DNA from: Chloroflexota bacterium
GTDB lineage: Bacteria; Chloroflexota; Anaerolineae; Anaerolineales; UBA11579
Assembly (NCBI GenBank): GCA_009391835.1
Contig: QWJF01000003.1
Span: 16,205-80,204 of the forward strand
Direction: 5' to 3'
Length of the DNA: 64,000 nt
The notes below the pieces were generated by a model, which made no database searches, was not told the DNA's origin, and worked only from the letters and a program-made list of their open reading frames with translations. Of this stretch, positions 35,601 through 44,894 are shown piece by piece (the stretch's first letter is position 1; each line of letters begins with the position of its first letter). The translations under genes were made by a program, and so were the position numbers.

Positions 35601-37885
35601 TGTCGGCTGGAGGTAACAAAGAGATATTCGCCGCGATCCAGGATATCCAGGAAGCGATTGAGCTTGGTGGCATCTTCGTCCCAGTACATTTCAAAATTCA
35701 GCCCCCCCTGATAAACACCGCCGAAGGGGTCGTAGCCATCCAGGCGAAGGGGAATGCCATCATCCCAACTGCTCTCGCTGACCACCCCAGCGCCCAGGAG
35801 CGTGGCGGTGCCCGCAGTCTCCATATCAATCTGCATATAGAGCACCTGCTCGGGTTGAATTGAAACACTCTCGCTGAGGCGGAAGTTTGCAGGGGTCGTA
35901 AAGCCGCGGGCCGCGCTCTCGGGATGCAGGACGCCGTCGGCTTCAGCAACGATGCTGCCCATTTCCGGAGTGGTGCTTAGCGCGATATGCACGTCCAATG
36001 GAGCCAATTCAAAATTGGTAAGGGCAGTGAGATTGATCACTAACTGATCGACTGGGAAATCTGCAAAAATATCAAACGTCAGCGTGATGTGGTCGCCAAG
36101 AGACGCTTCTACGATCTCTTGAAGCACGGATTGGGGAACGACGGCTGGATCCTGGGTGTTCATTAAATCGGCTTGATCGAGACGCAACTGGCCCCCTCCC
36201 CCGGGTAAGTTTAGGGTGAGCTGATAAGGGCCGGGAAGACCAATCGGGATGGGAAAAAGAATCTGCTGAGTTGAGCCGGATACCAAGGACACCCAATCGA
36301 CAACATAGCCTTGAGACGAAACAAGTTGGGTTGTTTCGCCTTGGCCGGAGACCAAATCCAACTGGATAGGGGCAAGAACATGATAGAGGGATATTTCTTC
36401 AAGCGTGCCCGTATCCTGCATGCGGAAACTGGTGAAATAGGGTGTGTTTTGGGAAAAAACCTGATTTTGACGATATGGAACCTGCTGCTGTTTGGGGCCG
36501 GCGGCAGTCTCAATAGTCAGCGTGATCGGACCTGGCACATTTTCATAAATCCAGCGGCTGGCGGCAATACGGGTGACCGGTTGCTGGTAAATCCGCACAA
36601 ATGCAAAGGACCAGACCGCACTGCCCAAAAGAGCCACGGCAGCTAACAAAATAGCCACGGGACGGGCCCAGAAGCGCCAGCGGCTGCCATCGTCCCTAGC
36701 ATGGGCGCCTTCATCCCATAAGCGAAAGAGTGCCCAGGCGCCAAAAACGGCCAACACTGGATATACAGGCAGCAAATAGCGCATTGTGGGATTGAAGGCC
36801 ACCGATTGCCACACAAAATAAAGGGCACCCCAGGCCCAAAGCAATAGCTCCGGTTTATTCCAGCCGCGCTTGATAAGCACCCAAGCAGCCCAAAGGAAGC
36901 CGCCCCAGGCAACGATGGCAAGCGGAAGACCCATGCCCCAGCGAGCCATATTCTCAAAAGCAAACCAGATAGGCCGGCGTGCCCATTGCATGGAAGGCGG
37001 CCAATCAATATCTCCGGTGGCCTGACCACGCAGCTGGCTTAGGGTGTCCAGCCAGGCCGAATTCAAGCTGACATTAAAGAAGCTGGGGCCAGCAAATGCA
37101 TAGGGTTGGAAAATGCGAAAAATCAGAAAACTGACCGCGCCGGCCGCCGCGAGAAAAGCAAAACCCCGAGCATATATGGGTTTGCGTTGTTCGTTGGGGA
37201 GCTGCCAGAGGCGAAGAATGAGCGCCGCCGGGAGCATCAGTGCAAGTGGGGCGGCGCTGACCTTGGAGGCCATTGCCATGCCCAGGGCGATACCAAAGGC
37301 CACGAAATCGAAGAGGTTCAAGCTGGTTGCCGGATCCTCGCCTTCACTGGATTTTTCTGGGCCCGCAATACGGATCGCAAAATACAGCGCGAGGAAAATA
37401 AAGAAATTGAGAAAGTTGTCTACCGTGAAATAGTGGGATTGCTGAATTTGGACAACAGTGAAAGCGGAAAAGGCCGCGGCGAGTAGGCCGACGCGTTTAT
37501 CAAAAAGGCGGATGGCAATCAGATAGACAAGGAAGATAACCCCCAGATCGGCGACGGCAGAGAGCGCACGGCCCACGATATGCACCTGATCGTAACCGGT
37601 TTGCCCAAGCCACTCAGCCACGTAGCGGACCGCGATGATGGGCAAGGTGCCGTACACAAAGAAGGAAAAGCCCCGATTGTTGGGGTTGAGGGTCGAGGTG
37701 GCGGTGTTGAAATAATCGCCCAGCTTCTCCACCGGTATCAATGCAGATTCAACTTGGGCTAGAAATCGCTCGTCGGGATGGAGATGGTGCTCGGCGTCCC
37801 AGCGAATACCCGTCGTGCGCAAAAAGGCGGCCACTAAAATGAGGGCCAGAAAAATCAGATCGTAAATTCGGGAGCGTTTGATCAC
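32681..37885 (-). CDS. 1734-aa fusion protein: N-terminal PMT/ArnT-like GT-C module, large extracytoplasmic region, C-terminal DUF2298/YYY module
   Basis: The GTG start at 37885 overlaps the upstream stop (GTGA).
- N-terminal module: [23 protein letters not shown] and about 11 TM helices, down to about 36560.
- Beta-rich soluble region: about 35110-36555, ending ...[11 protein letters not shown].
- Second module: from about 35100 to 32681, paralogous to the 813-aa protein ([48 protein letters not shown]; C-terminal [18 protein letters not shown]). Confidence 0.75.
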   Translation of the reverse strand: [1734 protein letters not shown]

Positions 37886-40038
37886 TGGATTGTCCCTACA
37901 CGATAAACAAGGAAATCCTTGCCCACATATTCACTGGGTTGAAGCTGACTCTCGCCCTGGGGATACAAGTTTTGCAAAGTAGCCAAGCCATCCACATCCA
38001 GCACGTTGAGGACAAAAAGTTTGGGCTCGGGAACATCCAAAGTGGAGACGAGTTCCTCCGGCCATAGCCCGATTTCACGGCCGGGTTGGTCAGCATTGAA
38101 AGCCACCAAACGCGTGTCCACCCAGTGCGGGTAGGCCACCACCCAGGTGCTTTGATCCTTGCCAATGCGATCCGAGAATTCACGGATAACTGCACCCATC
38201 TCTGACGAATTCCACGACTGCTGGCGATATTGGGCATTGTATTGATTGAAAACAAGATCGTAATTAAGCCCCATAACGATCACGACCAACACCACCCCAG
38301 CGCCCCAGCCTATCCATTTGCCCTGCTTCTCGGCAAGGCGATCTTTAATCGCGTGCACAAAGGCCACCAGGGCAATCGCACAAATTATGAAGATTGGAAC
38401 TGCAGAGCCGCCGGCGCGGTTCATGGCGGGATTCTCCTCCGGGAATGCCAGCGAAAGTATTGAAGGCATCATTAGCAATGGAACCGCCAGCAGCAGGAAT
38501 AGATCCTGCCAGTTGCGCGCACGGAGATAGCGGAGCACCACCAGGGCCACGCCGAGCAGGAAGAGTGCGCCTGAAACAAGGTCGAGCGCAGGGCGATTCA
38601 ACAGACCCACCAACCAAATGCTGCCGCCCGAATAAATTGGCAAACCCAAGGCATCCAGTAGATTATCAAAGAAGATAGCTAAGACGGGGCCGGGGTAATT
38701 GATTTCCGCATCCCCCAGGCGGGAAAAGGCCCTGAAACTGAACTCCTGCCAATTTTCAATTGAGTAGCGAAGCAGGGGCGCAAAGACTACAAGGGAAACA
38801 AGCACAAGCACCGCGAAGGCAATCAGTGCGCGACGCTCTGCATAGCGATCCTTTTCATGCAGCCAATACATAACGAGCGCCACCACCATCACGACTGGCA
38901 CGATGCGAAACGAGGTGTAGCCATAGAGTCCAACGCCGAGGAAAAGCCCCGATAGCAGGAAATCATTGATGGTGCGGCGGCGCAACCCGCGCAACAGATA
39001 ATAAAGCGCTGGAGCAGTGAAGCTCGGAAATAGAATGAAGCGCAAGCCAGCACGAGCAAGGACATTCGGCCAATAAGCGACCCCCATGAGCAGCAGGGCG
39101 AGAATGCCCACCCAGCGGCCGCCGAGTTCTTTGCCAAGCAAATAGATATAGATGAGAGAAAACAATCCGAATAAGGCCATGCCGATCTTAAGGCTGAGGA
39201 AGGATAGGCCAGTACCAAACCAACTAGCGATGAGCGCGGTCACATAAAACTGGAGCGGCTCGCGGCCCGTGTTGCGGATAAAAAATATCGGGCTTTGGCC
39301 GTTTTGAATATCCAGGACGTCGAGGAGTTTTTCAGCATGATCACTCAACATTTCAGGGGGGACCGCGCTTAACTGGTAGAAACGGAAGAATGCGGCGATT
39401 CCAAAAGCGACCAGAATTGCCAACGTGTACCCAGAGACACGCTCCCGCCAAGCCTGTGGCTGAATCCATGCTTTATACTGCTCAATACGCGCGCTGACGT
39501 CCGCTCGACTGATCGGCAATCCCTGCCAAAAAGCCGCCATCGTGGCGAAGATGGCGATTATCCAAGTCGCGACGTTGTCGGGCGTAAATTGATTTCCACT
39601 AGTCTCCAACAAAGTGCGCGCAAAGAAAATCAGACCGATTATCAGCGGGAAACCACGAACACTCAAGACGGATTGGTCGGGCAGCCCCAGGGTAATTTCA
39701 GGCAACCGCCATTCACCAATTCTGGCAGACCATATGATGAGGCCAAGCGCGCCGAAGGCAAGCGGCGCGCCGGCAAGCCAGGTTCCATTGGGTGGCCGCC
39801 AGGCGATCTGGGCAAAAATCAGGAGGAGAAATGCCAGGGAAGTCCGCCAGGGAATCCCGGTCAGGTCAATTGGTGAAACAGCCGCTGGTTTGGCTGCCGG
39901 CTTTGGGCTGGATGTAGAGACGCGTGCCGATCGCTTGGCGCCTGGCTCAGGCAGGGGCGGGATTTCCGGAGCAGGGCCGCGCCAAGGCATGAGTTTGGCC
40001 TTGAGATAATCGAGAATGCTGGGTTCTTGTTCTTGCAT
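37882..40038 (-). CDS. glycosyltransferase family 39 (ArnT/PMT-like, GT-C fold) membrane protein
   Basis: About 718 aa. I chose the ATG at 40038, preceded by GAGGAAG; the ORF track starts at TTG 40041. A Pro-rich cytoplasmic N-terminus is followed by about 12 TM helices. The acidic loop is PEMLSDHAEKLLDVLD, and the C-terminal soluble domain is about 100 aa. Confidence 0.6.
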   Translation of the reverse strand: MQEQEPSILDYLKAKLMPWRGPAPEIPPLPEPGAKRSARVSTSSPKPAAKPAAVSPIDLTGIPWRTSLAFLLLIFAQIAWRPPNGTWLAGAPLAFGALGLIIWSARIGEWRLPEITLGLPDQSVLSVRGFPLIIGLIFFARTLLETSGNQFTPDNVATWIIAIFATMAAFWQGLPISRADVSARIEQYKAWIQPQAWRERVSGYTLAILVAFGIAAFFRFYQLSAVPPEMLSDHAEKLLDVLDIQNGQSPIFFIRNTGREPLQFYVTALIASWFGTGLSFLSLKIGMALFGLFSLIYIYLLGKELGGRWVGILALLLMGVAYWPNVLARAGLRFILFPSFTAPALYYLLRGLRRRTINDFLLSGLFLGVGLYGYTSFRIVPVVMVVALVMYWLHEKDRYAERRALIAFAVLVLVSLVVFAPLLRYSIENWQEFSFRAFSRLGDAEINYPGPVLAIFFDNLLDALGLPIYSGGSIWLVGLLNRPALDLVSGALFLLGVALVVLRYLRARNWQDLFLLLAVPLLMMPSILSLAFPEENPAMNRAGGSAVPIFIICAIALVAFVHAIKDRLAEKQGKWIGWGAGVVLVVIVMGLNYDLVFNQYNAQYRQQSWNSSEMGAVIREFSDRIGKDQSTWVVAYPHWVDTRLVAFNADQPGREIGLWPEELVSTLDVPEPKLFVLNVLDVDGLATLQNLYPQGESQLQPSEYVGKDFLVYRVGTIQ

Positions 40039-40062
40039 CAATGATTGCTTCCTCAGGCGCTC

Positions 40063-40090
40063 ATTTTATCGTAGGGGTCTTAGCCGTCAA
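40063..40090 (-). promoter_or_regulatory. candidate internal promoter ahead of the four GT-C/YYY genes
   Basis: On the minus strand: TTGACG (40085-40090), a 16-nt spacer, then TAAAAT (40063-40068). It lies in the largest gap (61 nt) of the gene train. Confidence 0.4.
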
Positions 40091-40102
40091 TGAGAAGGAA
40101 CG

Positions 40103-40846
40103 CTAAGCCCTCTGTTTATCGGCAATCATGATTAAGCTCTCGCCCCTACTTAAGGGCAGGAAGCTTCCACCCAGGATTGCCTGCAATCCGCCGGGCCAAC
40201 CGTACCAGAGGCGTTGGATGGCTTGGGGCACAAAGCGAACATAGGGTGGATCCCAAAAGCCGTCCGAAAAAACCTTGCGCTCTTTCAGTCCAGCCGCATT
40301 GAGCATCGCCAGCCATTCCGTAGGGCTGTGCAGGCTGATATGGGTGGGATCCTGGTAGCCAACCCAGGTTTTTCCTTTACGGGCGTGCATCGGCGAATCG
40401 GTGTTGGGCGTGCCCATCACAAAAATACCGCCTGGGGCAAGGACGCGGCCAATCTCCTGGATAGCTTTTTCGGGGTTGGGGAGGTGCTCGGTGACATGCT
40501 TGGCGATTACAATTTGGAAGGTCGAATCTTCATAAAGTGATAGGTCCTCCGCAGAACGCAATGCAAAGTGCCCTTGGGGAACATTGTTACGGGATTGCTC
40601 CAAGGCCCATTCATTCACATCCACGCCGTGAACTTCATATTGCCCAGTCAGGCGTTGCAGCAAATGGCCTAGGCCGCAACCCACTTCAAGAACTTTGCCA
40701 GAGGGCGGACCGTGCTTGGCGGCCAGCAAAGCGTAATAACGATTGGACCACCAGTATTGGCTATACCGCGCAAAGGATACGCGCGCATAACGGGCGGATT
40801 GAAAATATTCTTTGTCGAATGGATGATCCGAATTGTTTGCCATCAA
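40103..40846 (-). CDS. class I SAM-dependent methyltransferase
   Basis: 247 aa. Motif I is VLEVGCGLGHLL, the post-I acidic residue is VHGVD, and the motif II-like stretch is FQIVIAKHVTEH. Confidence 0.85.
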   Translation of the reverse strand: MMANNSDHPFDKEYFQSARYARVSFARYSQYWWSNRYYALLAAKHGPPSGKVLEVGCGLGHLLQRLTGQYEVHGVDVNEWALEQSRNNVPQGHFALRSAEDLSLYEDSTFQIVIAKHVTEHLPNPEKAIQEIGRVLAPGGIFVMGTPNTDSPMHARKGKTWVGYQDPTHISLHSPTEWLAMLNAAGLKERKVFSDGFWDPPYVRFVPQAIQRLWYGWPGGLQAILGGSFLPLSRGESLIMIADKQRA

Positions 40847-41641
40847 TCAAACCTTGCGGGAAACATAGAAAGTGAAAGCTCCCTGCTTGTGGTGATCCAA
40901 GGTGGCGTGTTCGCCGACCAGTTTGGCGGTCAAAGCCAGATTCCAATGGGCGGAGCTAAACAACCAACGGCGAGTGAGTATGCGGGGAAGAATGGTAGGC
41001 GCGCCGAAGTAATGGCCCCAATCCAGCGTGCGCATAGCAGCCGGCGAAAAATAATGCCACCAGCGATCCAATGTAAAACCAGCGCGCTTGAGGCGCGCTT
41101 CCCACTGCTCTGGATTTTCAGCGTGGTGCACGCGGGAAATGCGACGAAACCAGGCTTCGTAGGGCTCGCGCAGGAAGGGCAGCAAGCGGGGAACGCCCAG
41201 TTCCTTGAAATAGGTTGGATTAGGAACGCAGAATAGAAAGGGTGCCCCTTTTTTAAGCATGCGCCCCGTTTCTTTTAAGACATTGTCTAATTCAGGGATG
41301 TGCTCGAGCACGGAATTGCTGAGCGCGCTGCCAAAATGGGCAGAAGGAAATGGGGCGCGGGCGCCATCCGCCTGGACAAGGCCATCGTAGGCCGCCCAGC
41401 GTTTGGCCTCCCTCAAGGAGGGAAGATGAGGATCCAGGCCAACCTTCAATTTGCGCTGAAAGGCGATGCTGGCGAAATGGCCATCCCCACAACCTACGTC
41501 CAACACGGGACCGGGCAGTGCAAGATCCTGATAATAAGCGGCTTCAACTGCCCTCAGAATGGCCCGGAAATAGGGCAACGATTCTAGCATGGGCCAAAGG
41601 AAGGGGTTTTTGTTGTTTGGTGTGGGTTGTAGTGAGGTCAT
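40847..41641 (-). CDS. class I SAM-dependent methyltransferase
   Basis: 264 aa. Motif I is VLDVGCGDGHFA, with GLD and SNSVLEHIP blocks. The junction with the downstream methyltransferase gene has zero gap. Confidence 0.85.
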   Translation of the reverse strand: MTSLQPTPNNKNPFLWPMLESLPYFRAILRAVEAAYYQDLALPGPVLDVGCGDGHFASIAFQRKLKVGLDPHLPSLREAKRWAAYDGLVQADGARAPFPSAHFGSALSNSVLEHIPELDNVLKETGRMLKKGAPFLFCVPNPTYFKELGVPRLLPFLREPYEAWFRRISRVHHAENPEQWEARLKRAGFTLDRWWHYFSPAAMRTLDWGHYFGAPTILPRILTRRWLFSSAHWNLALTAKLVGEHATLDHHKQGAFTFYVSRKV

Positions 41642-41653
41642 GTGAGCAATTGG

Positions 41654-42823
41654 TCAGCGTTGCACAAGCTGGTTGGCAATCTCTTTAAACAGGGCTTCGT
41701 GGCGCTCAGCGCACATTGCGGGGCTGAATTGCTCCCGCAAGGCGTCGCTGTCCCCACGGAATTGGGCCGGGTTATCCAGAACGGCGAGCATGTTTTCGGC
41801 CAGCGCGGCAGCATTCCCGAGTGGCGTTACGCGGCCCATGCCGGTCATCGTTACCGGTTGGCGAACGCCCGGCAAATTTGAAGCAACGACGGGCTTGCCG
41901 TTCATCATGGCTTCGATCTGAACAAAGCCAAACGTTTCCGTGGAGTTGGTACTGGGAACCACCAGGAGATCAATATTGGGGTAGAAGTTAGCCATCTGCT
42001 GCATATCCAGGACTCCCAGGAACTTCCATTGACCCTGGGATTCGTATTGGCGAATTGTGGGCATTAAACGCTTGAGGTAAGCCTCTTCACCGAGAACATC
42101 CTTGTATTGGCCGGCAAACCAGACCATCGCATTGGGATGCTTCTCCAAAATGCTGGGAAGTGCCTGAATGAGCAACTCAACACCCTTTTCCGCCGCGAAG
42201 CGAGTGGCCATCGCGATCACGGGATGGCGCTGCTCAGGATTATTTTCCTGCGCAAAAGCCCGGATGTCCTCTTTCGGCGTCTGGGGCAACTCCACTGCAG
42301 GCGGAATGACGCGAACTTTCTCAGGATAGCTGCTGAGATATGGCGAATAGCTGGCAAAATCTTCGGTATAGGCAGAGATTCGATGGGTGAAGATTGCCGA
42401 GAGATGGTTCATGCTATTGATGACCAGATTCACCAGGCGGTTGAACAGCCCCGGAGGCAACGTAAGGTCTGAATGGTAGATGATGACAGTCGGTTTCTTC
42501 ATTAGGCGGCCACGCAAGGCCAAGCCGGCGGCATCGAACTGGGGAAGATGGAGTAGGACAGCATCGTGTTTGCGAATTTCCTGCGTAGACACAATCCCAA
42601 AGGAGGGAATGAGAACTCCCTTACTGATCCGAGTGAGGATGGGGAGACGACGAATACGGACGCCATCCCGGATTTCCTCCAAGGGAAGATCGGCTTCAAA
42701 TTGGGAGGTAAGCACAGTAACTTCATGCCCACGCTGAACCAATGCTTTGGCCAAACGCTCAGCATAAATCGTCAGCCCGCTTGTATGCGGCCGATAATAG
42801 GTCAGCACAGTCAAAATTCGCAC
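41654..42823 (-). CDS. glycosyltransferase family 4 (GT-B, retaining) protein
   Basis: 389 aa. The N-terminus is MRILTVLTYYRPHTSGLTIY. The C-terminal donor-binding block is PSTNSTETFGFVQIEAMMNGKPVVASNLPG (EX7E-type). Confidence 0.85.
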   Translation of the reverse strand: MRILTVLTYYRPHTSGLTIYAERLAKALVQRGHEVTVLTSQFEADLPLEEIRDGVRIRRLPILTRISKGVLIPSFGIVSTQEIRKHDAVLLHLPQFDAAGLALRGRLMKKPTVIIYHSDLTLPPGLFNRLVNLVINSMNHLSAIFTHRISAYTEDFASYSPYLSSYPEKVRVIPPAVELPQTPKEDIRAFAQENNPEQRHPVIAMATRFAAEKGVELLIQALPSILEKHPNAMVWFAGQYKDVLGEEAYLKRLMPTIRQYESQGQWKFLGVLDMQQMANFYPNIDLLVVPSTNSTETFGFVQIEAMMNGKPVVASNLPGVRQPVTMTGMGRVTPLGNAAALAENMLAVLDNPAQFRGDSDALREQFSPAMCAERHEALFKEIANQLVQR

Positions 42824-42842
42824 AAACGAAGTTTAGTACAAA

Positions 42843-43871
42843 CTAAGCGAAGAGATTGTGATTCGCTCGCACCCAATTGACCAGGTGCTCGACTCCGTCA
42901 TTGATAGGCACTTGGGGCGTCCAGGCGAGTTCGCGCTTGGCCTTACGGATGTCGCTGATATAGACTTTTTGATCGCCGGGGCGAGGTTCCATCCAGGAGA
43001 CGGGTATTTTGCGGCCAAGCAGTTGCTCCAACATGGGGCCACATTCCAACCAAATGGATAACGTGTGCTTGGGGCCGCCGCCGATGTTGAAGACCTGGCC
43101 GGCCACAGCCGCCCGGTTTTCGACCGCTGAATCGTAGGCACGCACCAAATCGCGCACATCAAGCATATCGCGCACCTGCTTGCCATCACCAAAAATGGTG
43201 ATGGGGTGTTCGAGCACGGCTGCAATGACAAACCAAGCCAGCCAACCTTGATCTTCGACCCCAAATTGGCGTTGCCCATAGATGCAGCTTTGGCGCATCA
43301 CCACACTCGGGATGTCATAAATGCGCGCGTAATCATGAACGTATTGCTCAGCAGCCCCCTTCGAACAACCGTAGGGGGAATGAAAATCAAGCTGTTGGGT
43401 TTCCGGCACTCCATGAGGCAGCTTGGCGTATTCATAGCGCTTGGCCCTCTCGACCACCGGATGGTCTTCCATCTCACCATACACCTTGTTGGTGGACGAG
43501 TAGATGATAAATGGGTGCCGGTCTGAAGCGCGAGCTGCCTCCAGCAAATTGAGTGTCCCAAGCGCATTAATCTCAAAATCTGTGCGCGGATCAAGAACCG
43601 AGGTGGTGACGGCTACCTGCGCGGCCAGATGAACGATGACATCCGCATCGCTCGTGGCATCCTTAATCGAATCCGGATCGCGCAGATCACCGACGACAAG
43701 ATTGAACGAATCTGCGCCATGCGATTGGCGCAACCAGGCCAAATTGCGATCAGCGCCGCGGCGAGAGAGGTTGTCAAAAATGGTGACCTGGCGGCCCTGC
43801 GTCAGCAAGTGATCCACGTAATTGCTGCCGATAAACCCAGCGCCGCCTGTCACTACGTAATAATCAGCCAA
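42843..43871 (-). CDS. NAD-dependent NDP-sugar epimerase (extended SDR, CDP-paratose 2-epimerase-like)
   Basis: 342 aa. It has the Rossmann motif VTGGAGFIGSNYV, the catalytic YGCSK, and the block RQSCIYGQRQFGVEDQGWLAWF, which resembles the CDP-tyvelose/paratose 2-epimerase subfamily. The substrate is not determinable from sequence. Confidence 0.8.
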   Translation of the reverse strand: MADYYVVTGGAGFIGSNYVDHLLTQGRQVTIFDNLSRRGADRNLAWLRQSHGADSFNLVVGDLRDPDSIKDATSDADVIVHLAAQVAVTTSVLDPRTDFEINALGTLNLLEAARASDRHPFIIYSSTNKVYGEMEDHPVVERAKRYEYAKLPHGVPETQQLDFHSPYGCSKGAAEQYVHDYARIYDIPSVVMRQSCIYGQRQFGVEDQGWLAWFVIAAVLEHPITIFGDGKQVRDMLDVRDLVRAYDSAVENRAAVAGQVFNIGGGPKHTLSIWLECGPMLEQLLGRKIPVSWMEPRPGDQKVYISDIRKAKRELAWTPQVPINDGVEHLVNWVRANHNLFA

Positions 43872-44894
43872 TTAGCCTTCTCCTTGCGTCATCGAGGAGC
43901 GGGTGAGCAGTTGCCGGTATACATGTCCAAGCGATTCACCTTGTCCGGCAAAGCCGATCGCGCCCCCCACGCCCGTCATCACAAAATATAGCGCGTGGGC
44001 GGCAATCGCGTAGGCCAGGGCAAGCGAGGGTTCGATGCCGAATAGTGAAAGCCCAGCGACAACTGCGCCTTCCAACACTCCGATGTAGCCAGGGGACGAA
44101 GGCAAAGCCACGCCCAGCGAGCCAAGGGCGACTGCCACAACGGTCCAAATGAACTGTGGCTCGGGGAAAAAAGCAAACATCAGGGCGAAATACCAGGCAA
44201 GATTGAAAGCCCAGGCCAGGGCCATCCAGAAAGAAACCGTGAGGAAACGCAGCCCGCTTTTCAAGGCTGCGAGCCCCTCAGTAAAAGCAGCCAGCTTTTT
44301 TCCGACCCAGGATTGCAGCCTCGGCCAGGGTCGGGTGAGAGCCGAGATCAATCGAAGAAAGGCAACAGGATTAGCTGCTAAAGCAAACAGCAGCCCAAAG
44401 CCCATCACTACAAGCGCACCAGCAAAGAAAGCCGCTGAACGAATCCAGCTCAAGTCAACAAAAAGAGGCAGGCTGACCAGTAATAGTCCGGCAGCGAAAC
44501 CCACGTCAAAAATGCGCTCGACGACGATGGTGGAGAACACACGCCAAAAACCGAGGCCGCTCCGCTGGCCCAAAAGCAGGGCGCGGCCCAATTCACCGAG
44601 GCGAAAGGGAAGCACATTGTTGAGCAGGTAGCCTTGATTCAATGCAAGAAAACTATCTTTGAATGAGACCTGTTCTTCAAGCAGAGTGCGCCAGGCTTTG
44701 GCCCTAATTGCGACCGCGCCCAAAAACAGAAGTGCGGCTACAGGGACCCATGAAAAATTTGCCTGAGAAAAAGCGGCAGCCACTTGATTGATATCAATGA
44801 AAAAGAACAAAATAACTAGGGCCAAGGCGCTTATCAAGATGCCGGGCAGCATACGGGCAAAGAGCCTGGGGGAGGATTCGCCGGGTTTAGTCAT
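43872..44894 (-). CDS. UPF0104 / lysylphosphatidylglycerol-synthase-TM-region-like (flippase-like) membrane protein
   Basis: About 340 aa with roughly 8 TM helices. The family-typical block is RAKAWRTLL...[24 protein letters not shown]. The start is uncertain (ATG 44894 or 44852). The ORF-track start at 44948 would overlap lepA by 62 nt. Confidence 0.65.
   Translation of the reverse strand: MTKPGESSPRLFARMLPGILISALALVILFFFIDINQVAAAFSQANFSWVPVAALLFLGAVAIRAKAWRTLLEEQVSFKDSFLALNQGYLLNNVLPFRLGELGRALLLGQRSGLGFWRVFSTIVVERIFDVGFAAGLLLVSLPLFVDLSWIRSAAFFAGALVVMGFGLLFALAANPVAFLRLISALTRPWPRLQSWVGKKLAAFTEGLAALKSGLRFLTVSFWMALAWAFNLAWYFALMFAFFPEPQFIWTVVAVALGSLGVALPSSPGYIGVLEGAVVAGLSLFGIEPSLALAYAIAAHALYFVMTGVGGAIGFAGQGESLGHVYRQLLTRSSMTQGEG

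Noticed and set aside
42843-43871. Inferring a CDP-3,6-dideoxyhexose (tyvelose/paratose) pathway from the CDP-paratose-2-epimerase-like SDR.
   Set aside because: None of the other pathway genes is present in the window (glucose-1-phosphate cytidylyltransferase, CDP-glucose 4,6-dehydratase, E1/E3, paratose synthase). Only the subfamily resemblance is supported, not the substrate.
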